A DNA stretch of 64,000 nucleotides from Dehalococcoidia bacterium (GTDB lineage: Bacteria > Chloroflexota > Dehalococcoidia > GIF9 > AB-539-J10): positions 9,743 to 73,742 of the forward strand of contig JAUWQY010000003.1 in the NCBI GenBank assembly GCA_030610855.1, written 5' to 3'. Under the pieces are notes generated by a model. That model saw only the letters and a list, made by a program, of their open reading frames with translations. It did no database searches and was not told the DNA's origin. Both the position numbers and the translations under genes were made by a program. Positions 9,257 to 17,055 of this stretch are shown one piece after another. Position 1 is the stretch's first letter; every line of letters begins with the position of its first letter.

Positions 9257-11374
9257 ATGAAAAGAGTAAGTATGATTCTGATTGTGGCAGTCTTGATTGC
9301 AGGGATAGTGGGCTGTGTTGATACTTATTATGACCTCACCATCTCGAGCACCGAGGGTGGCTCTGTAACCACGCCTGGTGAGGATACTTTCACCTATGAT
9401 GAAGGAACAGTGGTTGACTTGGTGGCAACTCCGGCTGCAGGCTATCGGTTTGACGAGTGGACCGGCGACGTGGACACTATTGATAATGTCCATGCTGCTT
9501 TAACCAATATCGCCATGAATGGCGACTACTCTATCACCGCCGAGTTTGTCAAGCAGTATAACCTCTCCATCAACAGCACAGCGGGAGGTAATGTAACCAC
9601 ACCCGGAGAGGGAGTGCTTACCTATGACGAGGGAACGGTGGTCGACCTGGTGGCTGAGGCTGAGGAAGGTTATTATTTCGTCGAGTGGACTGGCGATGTG
9701 GACACCTTCGGCAATATCACTGCCACTATAACCACCATCACTATGGACGGCGACCATACTATCACCGCAAACTTTGAAGAATATACACCCATGGTCACTG
9801 TAGGCGGTTGGCACATAGTAGGGCTCAAGACTAACGGCACTGTGGTCGCCGTGGGAGAAAACTACTATGGTCAGTGCAATGTCGGTGACTGGACGAACAT
9901 CGTCCAGGTCTCCACAGGCTGGCTGCACACGGTGGGGGTTAGGTCCGACGGCACCGCGGTGGCCACGGGAGACAATGGATACGGGAAGTGTGATGTTGAC
10001 GGCTGGACGGACATCATCCAGGTTGCCGGAGGCCGGCATTACACGGTGGGACTTAAGTGCGACGGCACCGTAGTCGCCGTGGGACGGAACATCTTCGGGC
10101 AATGTGATGTTGGCAACTGGACGGATATCATCCAGGTCTCCGCAGGCTTGGGGCACACGGTGGGACTTAAGTCCGATGGTACTGTGGTCGCCGTGGGAGA
10201 CAACGAGTACGGCCAGTGTGATGTCGGTGGCTGGACAGATGTCGTCCAGGTCTCAGCAGGCAGGCTGCATACGGTCGGGCTTAAGGAGAACGGCACCGTG
10301 GTCGCCGTGGGACGCAACGGCTACGGGCAATGTGATGTCAGTGGCTGGACGGACATCATCCAGGTTTCCGCAGGTGAGTGGCATACTGTGGGACTCAAAT
10401 CTGATGGCATCGTTCTCGCCTTGGGTTACAACCCTGAGGGCGAGCTCGAAGTTGAAAACTGGACGGACATCGTCCAAGTCGCGGCAGGCAGCTATCTCAC
10501 GGTTGGCCTTAAGTCTGACGGTACTGTGGTTGCTACGGGGCAGTACTTCCGCGGGCAGTGTGATGTCAGCGGCTGGGCAGATATCTCCCAGGTGGATGCG
10601 AACGGCAGGCACACTGTTGGGCTTAAGTCCGATGGAACAGTGGTAGCCGTGGGAAGTAACGATCTGGGGCAGTGTGATGTGGGCAACTGGACGGATATCA
10701 TCCAGGTCGTCGCAGGTAGCCATCACACGGTGGGGCTTAGGTCCGATGGCACCGTAGTTGCTATGGGGAACAACCAAAATGGTCAATGCAATGTTGGTAA
10801 CTGGACAGAGACCGTTCAGGTCGCTGGAGGAGGCTGTTACACGGTGGGTCTCAAGTCTGACGGCACTGTGGTCGGCGTGGGTGCCAGCGGGGATGGCCAG
10901 CTCGAAGTTCAAGACTGGACAGACGTTATCCAGGTCGCCGCAGGCGACATGCACACTATGGGGCTTAAATCCGATGGCAGAGTGGTCGCTGTAGGACGGA
11001 ATGAGTACGGCCAGTGTGATGTCGGTGGCTGGACAGATGTCGTCCAGGTCACCGCAGGCATCTATCACACCCTGGGGCTTAGGTCTGATGGCACAGTGGT
11101 CACCGCGGGAGACAACGAGTACGGCCAGTGTGATGTCGGTGGCTGGACAGATGTCGTCCAGGTCTCCACAGGCTACTATCACACGGTGGGGCTTAAGAAC
11201 GACGGCACCACGGTGGCCGTGGGATGGAACGACTGGGGCCAGTGCAATGTCGACGGTTGGACTAACATCGTCCAGGTCGCGGCAAACTGGCAACACACGG
11301 TGGGCCGTAAGTCCGATGGGACCATGGTGGCCGCGGGCCCAGAGGTTCAGCTTGCCAAATGGGATTTGTTCTAG
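9257..11374 (+). CDS. Lipoprotein with two InlB-B-like repeats and about 13-14 RCC1-like repeats
   Basis: Lipobox IVGC; 39-aa repeats HTVGLKSDGTVVAVG.N.YGQCDV..WTDI.QV. Confidence 0.9.
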   Translation: MKRVSMILIVAVLIAGIVGCVDTYYDLTISSTEGGSVTTPGEDTFTYDEGTVVDLVATPAAGYRFDEWTGDVDTIDNVHAALTNIAMNGDYSITAEFVKQYNLSINSTAGGNVTTPGEGVLTYDEGTVVDLVAEAEEGYYFVEWTGDVDTFGNITATITTITMDGDHTITANFEEYTPMVTVGGWHIVGLKTNGTVVAVGENYYGQCNVGDWTNIVQVSTGWLHTVGVRSDGTAVATGDNGYGKCDVDGWTDIIQVAGGRHYTVGLKCDGTVVAVGRNIFGQCDVGNWTDIIQVSAGLGHTVGLKSDGTVVAVGDNEYGQCDVGGWTDVVQVSAGRLHTVGLKENGTVVAVGRNGYGQCDVSGWTDIIQVSAGEWHTVGLKSDGIVLALGYNPEGELEVENWTDIVQVAAGSYLTVGLKSDGTVVATGQYFRGQCDVSGWADISQVDANGRHTVGLKSDGTVVAVGSNDLGQCDVGNWTDIIQVVAGSHHTVGLRSDGTVVAMGNNQNGQCNVGNWTETVQVAGGGCYTVGLKSDGTVVGVGASGDGQLEVQDWTDVIQVAAGDMHTMGLKSDGRVVAVGRNEYGQCDVGGWTDVVQVTAGIYHTLGLRSDGTVVTAGDNEYGQCDVGGWTDVVQVSTGYYHTVGLKNDGTTVAVGWNDWGQCNVDGWTNIVQVAANWQHTVGRKSDGTMVAAGPEVQLAKWDLF
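9811..11340 (+). repeat. 117-bp coding tandem repeats (RCC1-like units)
   Basis: Recurring ctggac..a.atc.tccaggt units; 60 bp identical at 10195-10254 and 11107-11166. Confidence 0.85.
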
Positions 11375-11540
11375 CAATGCCATAGTGATCAACAATGTTG
11401 CGGCCAAGAATACGGCTATAGTAAGCTTCTGGGCGCTGGTTTCAATGGTAGCGGCTTTATAGGTGATAAGGTGATGCTATAGAAATCCATAGCATACCTT
11501 AGGATTAGACTACACAATTACTTGTTAAGTGTGGTTCGCA

Positions 11541-11585
11541 AAACAAAAGGGCTGGATATCCCAAAACCAGGAGTGTCCAGCCCTT
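11541..11585 (-). terminator. Intrinsic terminator after the DUF5679 gene
   Basis: aagggctgga...tccagccctt stem followed on the minus strand by TTTGTTTT. Confidence 0.7.
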
Positions 11586-11616
11586 CTGGATACCGGTGCG
11601 CCTTGTAGCAGCAGTC

Positions 11617-11754
11617 CTACTTGCCGATTCTGAATACCTTCGTGCCACAGGTTAGGCAGACGCCCCGGGTTGCCGGTCTACCGTTCTTCATTGTGATTCT
11701 TCGGGGATCCTTGATCTCCTTCTTGGCACGGCACTTCATACAGTATGCTTGCAT
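11617..11754 (-). CDS. DUF5679-type small zinc-ribbon protein (45 aa)
   Basis: Manually translated MQAYCMKCRAKKEIKDPRRITMKNGRPATRGVCLTCGTKVFRIGK; AGGAGG RBS; below the ORF-track cutoff. Confidence 0.85.
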   Translation of the reverse strand: MQAYCMKCRAKKEIKDPRRITMKNGRPATRGVCLTCGTKVFRIGK

Positions 11755-11928
11755 TTGACCCTCCTATCTCTTAGTGTGGATAGTAGGCCATTTGCGTCCG
11801 CAGTGTCAATAGCCATGATCACCGGGACTGTCAACATACGCTCACCCCTTGCTCTAAGAATGATGTAGGGTGAAGCATTCACCCAAGTTGTCGATCAATA
11901 TTCCTGTGGCAGTGGACGGCCTGCAGCA

Positions 11929-12156
11929 TCATGGTGTTAGACTCGTCCATTTGCTCTTTTCATACACTCCTCCCAGCACAACTCCTATCCTGAACATCTC
12001 CATCTTGGACTTCTCTTCAGCATACCGCTTGGCAAAGGTGTCCAAGGCAGTGAAGAAGTCCGGATCGACTTCTGCTATCCACTTTGCCTGCTCGTCATCA
12101 TTGAGTATCACGTCGTCCAAGTATTCACGTATTTTGTCCCTAAGTTCGTCATTCAT
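11929..12156 (-). CDS. Hypothetical protein (75 aa)
   Basis: MNDELRDKIREYL..., AAAGGA RBS. Confidence 0.6.
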   Translation of the reverse strand: MNDELRDKIREYLDDVILNDDEQAKWIAEVDPDFFTALDTFAKRYAEEKSKMEMFRIGVVLGGVYEKSKWTSLTP

Positions 12157-12256
12157 AATTTCCTTTCTGGAGACCCTGCACACCGGGGGAAACCAGGGGA
12201 ATCGGGGGAAACCCCCAAAACCCCAGCGTGCAGGGCCACGTATTATGGTGAGGTTG

Positions 12257-13228
12257 TTATCGTTTAGCGTGGCATACCGGGCATATGCTGGCATGGTCTT
12301 GCTCAGAGGCAAAGGTGGCGCAGGCGTTGAGTGCCCGTGGTATGCGCTCGGGCTTCCTAATGACATGACTTGACGCCCAGGTAATCAAGTTCAGCAGGTC
12401 ATATGTGTTGCGTGGCGGGTTCTGAATAGCCTGGGCTCTTACAGCCTCAGCATCCGATCCCGTTATCCCCGCCTGCCGCAGCAGTGCTTCCAGCATATGA
12501 GCTCGCTGCTCGGGCGACACTCGCTCCTGTATCATCTCACGGTAGCGATCGACAATCTCTCCTAGCGATTGGTAAGCTGCCCTCACGGATTGCCTGAACC
12601 ACTGCCATATGCCATCACCTTCACCGCCCCCGGTAAACTGGGTCAGCACGGTTTTGCTTGTCGCACCGTTGGTGCAGACCAACCGCAGCACGTAGCTTTG
12701 CACTACTGGCTGTATCGTGTTGATAGGGCTGAAACTGACCAGTGCTCCGGCTCTTACCATATCGCCACGGCGGACAGGCTGCTGCTGCGTACCCACCAGC
12801 TCCAACATGGCGGAGCGGTTGGGCAGAATACTGACTCTGTGGAAGTCAATGCCCGGGACAGCCTTCTCAATCGTGAACACTACGCGGTCCACCGGCAGAT
12901 TACGCACCCCACGATACTCGCCGAAGGCTTGTACCTGCCCTTCCTCGAGGAGTAGGTTATATCTTTCCTTTCGTGACAGGAGTTCGGTAGCAACTCTGCC
13001 AAACAGGTCGGGGCTGAGGTTCTGGCATACCCCCCTGTGCAGACCGACAAAGCTCGTCATTGCCTTCACCCCGTTCTCGCTCAGCGGGACAAGCTGCCCG
13101 CCGCTGCCAGGCCTGATCATCACCTGCTCAGGCTCGACAATCACCCGTGTCCTGGGTGAGTGCTCCACCTGCCTTACCGTAGTTTGACAGATGGGCTGGA
13201 GTTTTTCCAATGCTTCTATTCTGTTCAT
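12257..13228 (-). CDS. DUF932-like phage/plasmid protein
   Basis: RLVCTNG motif and C-terminal N.YDLLNLITW..SH; AAGGGGG RBS. Confidence 0.65.
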   Translation of the reverse strand: MNRIEALEKLQPICQTTVRQVEHSPRTRVIVEPEQVMIRPGSGGQLVPLSENGVKAMTSFVGLHRGVCQNLSPDLFGRVATELLSRKERYNLLLEEGQVQAFGEYRGVRNLPVDRVVFTIEKAVPGIDFHRVSILPNRSAMLELVGTQQQPVRRGDMVRAGALVSFSPINTIQPVVQSYVLRLVCTNGATSKTVLTQFTGGGEGDGIWQWFRQSVRAAYQSLGEIVDRYREMIQERVSPEQRAHMLEALLRQAGITGSDAEAVRAQAIQNPPRNTYDLLNLITWASSHVIRKPERIPRALNACATFASEQDHASICPVCHAKR

Positions 13229-13295
13229 GTATCCCCCTTGCTTATTCTTCTCGTCCGTTCTTGTTCTTAATACCCTTTCATAGTCGCCTCCTCAC

Positions 13296-13332
13296 TAAAG
13301 CTAATCCGATGACCGGGGGGTTTCTGTGACAT
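13296..13332 (-). promoter_or_regulatory. Putative ECF-sigma promoter, copy A
   Basis: TGTCACA-N16-CGGATTAGCTTTA, matching copy B at 17858-17893. Confidence 0.6.
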
Positions 13333-13453
13333 AAGGAAAGACGGGAGAATGAATCTCCCGTCCTCTGTTTTCGGCGTTAAATCGTTTATGGCCCGAGGCA
13401 GGTTCTATCTTCAGTGGGCTTCAACCGTACCAGGTGAAGGATGTCGGCCGGCA

Positions 13454-13654
13454 CTACTCAGACTTCGCTTGCTTTTCTCTCTGTTCCTGCTCCCATTCTG
13501 CTTTCGCCTTCTCCCAATCCTTGCCGAACCATTCTTGCCAGAGCGCGTCCTGTGGGCAATCCTCGGGTGGGTGCCTCGGATTGAAGTGGGGATCATTCGG
13601 GTCATATTTCTTGCCTGACCCTGGCCGCCATCCGGCTTTCTGTTCTTCAGCCAT
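13454..13654 (-). CDS. Hypothetical protein (66 aa)
   Basis: MAEEQKAGW... with AAAGGAGGTG RBS. Confidence 0.65.
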   Translation of the reverse strand: MAEEQKAGWRPGSGKKYDPNDPHFNPRHPPEDCPQDALWQEWFGKDWEKAKAEWEQEQREKQAKSE

Positions 13655-13707
13655 TGAGGCACCTCCTTTCATTGTAAGTATTGCATGTATAACCGTCAAC
13701 CTGCCTT

Positions 13708-14454
13708 TCAGCCTTTCCCCTGGACCTGGATTTCCTTGAAGATCCGGGATAACCGGTCCGTCCACCAGGGCGGCAGCTTGTTGTTGCACTGGTAGAAGCC
13801 GAAGTTCTCCATGTCCAGCACCAGGCACGCTTTCTTCTGTGCCACCTTGCCCTTTATGCCCTTGAAGAAGTCATAGGCCTTACAGGTGAAGTCGGCCATT
13901 TCATCCCTCTCCCAAAGCTGGTGGGCGTAGGTAGGTCGCTTCCAGATGATGCGGTGGACAGAAGTGCAGACATTGAGGTCCAGTTTTCGCGAGTAGTGAC
14001 TTATGAAGAGTATGAGCTGCTCCCGCTGTCCGGCGATGGCCAGCAGTTCGTCCAGTTCCACAGCATCACCGCTCTGGCTTCTCCGGGCGTGTGCTGACTG
14101 TGCCGCCTCGTCATAGATCACCACCGCCTTGTCCTTCCATTGGCTCCTCTTAATAGTCACCTGCATCCAGGACGGCGTGATGCGCTGGAAAGATGCCCTC
14201 TGCTTTTCGTCCATCCGGGGCATGTGGAGTATGGCCGGTAGTTTACGCCGGCTGTGCACCCCGTTGGCGATCTCATGGGCCAGCGCCGTCTTGCCGGTCC
14301 TGATGTCGCCCATGATCATCACCACACCCGGATAGGGTATTGCAGAGTAGAGCGCGGTCTTCCGCGGCACTGAGAGGATGATTCGGGCATACTCCTCGCT
14401 TTTCCGCTTCCGGTAGTTGCGGAGCGTGTCAGTTTGGCTCTGCTTCGGTGTCAT
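13708..14454 (-). CDS. P-loop ATPase, Zot/pI-like
   Basis: Walker A GDIRTGKT, Walker B VVIYDEA followed by ARR, ILFISH..LD. Confidence 0.7.
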   Translation of the reverse strand: MTPKQSQTDTLRNYRKRKSEEYARIILSVPRKTALYSAIPYPGVVMIMGDIRTGKTALAHEIANGVHSRRKLPAILHMPRMDEKQRASFQRITPSWMQVTIKRSQWKDKAVVIYDEAAQSAHARRSQSGDAVELDELLAIAGQREQLILFISHYSRKLDLNVCTSVHRIIWKRPTYAHQLWERDEMADFTCKAYDFFKGIKGKVAQKKACLVLDMENFGFYQCNNKLPPWWTDRLSRIFKEIQVQGKG

Positions 14455-14707
14455 CTACACCCCCTTTCTTCCTTGCTAGCTTCACATAGTCGGAGAACGG
14501 ATTGGGCCTGCGGAACTGCCCAACCCTGTTGAGATGCACCCAGACCACCGCCCAGTACCCGAAGTTGTTGAACTTGTACCGGGCCAGGTTGCGATGGGCT
14601 TTCCCCTCGGCCTCATTGAGATCTTGTTCTAGCCGGGCCTTGATAGCAGTAGCCGCATCTACTGCGTCCCCCGATGGTAGCTTTAGTTCGCATTGCTTGT
14701 GTGTCAT
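14429..14707 (-). CDS. Hypothetical protein (92 aa)
   Basis: AGAGGGGTG RBS, operonic position. Confidence 0.65.
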   Translation of the reverse strand: MTHKQCELKLPSGDAVDAATAIKARLEQDLNEAEGKAHRNLARYKFNNFGYWAVVWVHLNRVGQFRRPNPFSDYVKLARKKGGVDDTEAEPN

Positions 14708-14722
14708 AGTTCACCCCTCTTT

Positions 14723-14968
14723 CTAGTGGATGTTTATTTCCCCATCGTAATCGCCATGGCGACCTGTAACAGACTCTGCAATCCGTATGGCCTCAACTCT
14801 CTTATCCTGCCAGGATTGCCCAAGTTTGGCATCACAATAAATATCTAGCCATCCCCAGGCTGTGCCAGTGCCATGCTTAACTCTGACATTGGTGAATCCT
14901 GCTTCTATTAAGGCATCCTTAACAGCTTTGGTTTCCTCTCGATGTGTTTTATGGTTTCTCCAGGTCAT
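14723..14968 (-). CDS. Hypothetical protein (81 aa)
   Basis: MTWRNHK...VKHGTGTAWGWL; AAGGGGGT RBS. Confidence 0.65.
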   Translation of the reverse strand: MTWRNHKTHREETKAVKDALIEAGFTNVRVKHGTGTAWGWLDIYCDAKLGQSWQDKRVEAIRIAESVTGRHGDYDGEINIH

Positions 14969-15107
14969 TTTTACCCCCTTTCTAAGGCTATTCCAGCGAG
15001 TTGGAGTTCTTGTTGCATAGCTTTTCTTGAGCTTAACTGCCCAGGGGAGGGCCGGACAGGTTATCCGGCTTGTCCGGATAGTCCGGCCCTTAGTCTGGTA
15101 AGTCAAA

Positions 15108-16157
15108 CTACCATTCCACGTTCACTGGCATAATGACGTGAATGGTCCCGTTTTGCTTGACGACTCCTGGAGATTGGGCGTTCTTTGTCCGCAGTGTTAC
15201 CGGTCCGCTTGTCCTGGCCAGCACGTCTTTGATGTAGTTGCCATCGAAGGCCATCTTGGCCTTGCCCATGGCCGGCACCGGCACCGTGATTTCGCTCTTC
15301 TCATCGGCTTTGGCAGAGACGATGAGATTCGCCTGTTTGGTCTGGAACCGCACGATGTTTCTGCTGGGCTTGGTGGCCATGACCACCTTCAAGGCGTCCT
15401 TTAAGGCCGCGCTGTCCACAGTGAGGGGCTTTCCGTTCTTGGGGATCACGTGCTTGTAGTTCGGATAGGTCCCCTCAATTAGCCGTGCCGTGAGCACCAG
15501 CCCTTCACCGACAAAGCTGATATGATGCTCGCCTTTATGAAGTGATACTTTGCCGGGCATGAGCCTCTCGATGAGCTTTATCGCCTTGCCAGGAACGATA
15601 GTCTGCTCCGACTGCCCCTTTGCCTTGACTGTCGTTTCCGCCAGTCGGAAGCCGTCGGCGGCAGCCAGCGCTATTCTGCCCTTGTCAGGAGTGAAGCAGA
15701 CGCCAGTCAGGACAGGTCTGCACTCCTCTTTCGCCATAGCATAACTAATTTGCTTCATGGCGCTTGCCAGACCTGTGATCTCGACCGCTTTCCCCTTCAC
15801 CCCCGGCACCACCGGGAAGTCCTGGGATTCCTGGCATTCAATTGTGATCGCGGCTCCAGCTTCCACCTTCAGTGAGTTTGCGCCCACCAAAGATAGGCTG
15901 ACTGTTTCCGTCTTCACTGCCCGGAGTAAGATTTCCAGGTCCCGAGGCGGGACGCAGACCGCTCCCTGCCGTGTGATATTGGCCTTGCAGCTCCCTGTTA
16001 CCGCGACTTCCAGGTCAGTGCCAGTGAGCGTGACTTGCCCACCGGCCGCCCGGATGAGGACAGACGTGCACACCGGCAGAAGATGCTTCCCCGGCACTGC
16101 GGACTTGACCTTGCCCAAGGTCTCCAGGAGTGCCATACGCTGTGTCGTCGCTCGCAT
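15108..16157 (-). CDS. dnaN: DNA polymerase III beta sliding clamp homolog (element-encoded)
   Basis: GTDLE, RPVLTGV, AADGFRLA, RLIEGTYPNY..VIP, VIMPV. Confidence 0.9.
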   Translation of the reverse strand: MRATTQRMALLETLGKVKSAVPGKHLLPVCTSVLIRAAGGQVTLTGTDLEVAVTGSCKANITRQGAVCVPPRDLEILLRAVKTETVSLSLVGANSLKVEAGAAITIECQESQDFPVVPGVKGKAVEITGLASAMKQISYAMAKEECRPVLTGVCFTPDKGRIALAAADGFRLAETTVKAKGQSEQTIVPGKAIKLIERLMPGKVSLHKGEHHISFVGEGLVLTARLIEGTYPNYKHVIPKNGKPLTVDSAALKDALKVVMATKPSRNIVRFQTKQANLIVSAKADEKSEITVPVPAMGKAKMAFDGNYIKDVLARTSGPVTLRTKNAQSPGVVKQNGTIHVIMPVNVEW

Positions 16158-16258
16158 AGAGCACCCCCTTTAGTAAGTTATTGTCCCCGTTAGCGCCACC
16201 CGGGCCGCACCACTTGGCGGTGGGGACTTTGCGGCCCTGGGGAGCTCAGCTCCCCCCT

Positions 16259-16459
16259 CTATGATTTCAGTCGAAAGTCCAGCACGGCGGACAGTACCCC
16301 TTTGGCCTCGTTAAGCTCCTGGACGATAATCTCGGAGTCGGTCATCTCCTGCACATCGGACAGTATGGCCATGACAAACAGGATGCTGCCATCCACCTGC
16401 CCTAACAGGTACCGGTAAAGCCCTAACTCCATTCTGTGCCTCTCAGATACTGACTGCAT
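16259..16459 (-). CDS. Hypothetical protein (66 aa)
   Basis: AAGGGGGTG RBS; MAILSDVQE motif. Confidence 0.6.
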   Translation of the reverse strand: MQSVSERHRMELGLYRYLLGQVDGSILFVMAILSDVQEMTDSEIIVQELNEAKGVLSAVLDFRLKS

Positions 16460-16542
16460 TTGTCACCCCCTTGCATTAGACCTGAGGCTGAACGCCCCAC
16501 CGCCGGGGGCAAAGTCGCCCTTGCCCCCGGGTGGTCGAGCGT

Positions 16543-16710
16543 TTAGCTCCGCGGCTTGATGGCATTGAGGTTCACCTTAATATCACTGCCAGGGACTTCA
16601 ACGAAGCCATTGGTAGTGGCTACCACCAGCGTCTTGCCTGTCTTGGACGGAACACCGCCGTTGATGGGACAGGTGATGACCAGGTTCCCATTCTTGATCT
16701 CGAACTTCAT
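16543..16710 (-). CDS. Small phage-type beta-rich protein (55 aa)
   Basis: Manually translated MKFEIKNGNLVITCPINGGVPSKTGKTLVVATTNGFVEVPGSDIKVNLNAIKPRS; AAGGGGGTG RBS. Confidence 0.75.
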   Translation of the reverse strand: MKFEIKNGNLVITCPINGGVPSKTGKTLVVATTNGFVEVPGSDIKVNLNAIKPRS

Positions 16711-16726
16711 GTAGCACCCCCTTATC

Positions 16727-17041
16727 TTATTTTGCCAATTCGCGCACGCAGGCCTTCATCTTCTTGACCTGCTGCCGCGTGTATCCAGGACAAAACTTGT
16801 CCAGGTTGATCGTAGTCCTGACCGGCAATTTGTCAGGACTACGACCCGATAGCTCCGGTTTGAGCGTGCCGCCGCCGTTCTTGTGGAAGGCCACCACTGC
16901 CCCCTGGTATGTAACATACCGAAAGGGCCGTGGCTTTTGCTTGCGGCGTCTTGCAGCCTCGAGCTGGGCGTTACAATTACCGCAATAGCCCTTCTCCCTC
17001 GCGGGACGACGCTCGCAAATGAGGCATTTCCTCGTCTGCAT
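16727..17041 (-). CDS. Basic protein with N-terminal zinc finger
   Basis: CLIC..CGNC; AAGGGGGTG RBS. Confidence 0.7.
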   Translation of the reverse strand: MQTRKCLICERRPAREKGYCGNCNAQLEAARRRKQKPRPFRYVTYQGAVVAFHKNGGGTLKPELSGRSPDKLPVRTTINLDKFCPGYTRQQVKKMKACVRELAK

Positions 17042-17055
17042 ACATCACCCCCTTG

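Noticed and set aside
9811-11340. Repeats as a CRISPR array or DGR template/variable pair
   Set aside because: In-frame 117-bp coding repeats with no unique spacers; differences are not adenine-specific; no cas or reverse transcriptase gene in the window
11442-11453. tcaatggtagcg resembles the tRNA-Glu 3' end as a possible second att site
   Set aside because: Only 8 contiguous matching bases, expected by chance; no arm repeats nearby
12170-16550. Hairpins as integron attC sites with 21574-22260 as IntI
   Set aside because: Only one hairpin loosely fits RYYYAAC/GTTRRRY, and the recombinase lacks IntI size and N-terminal domain
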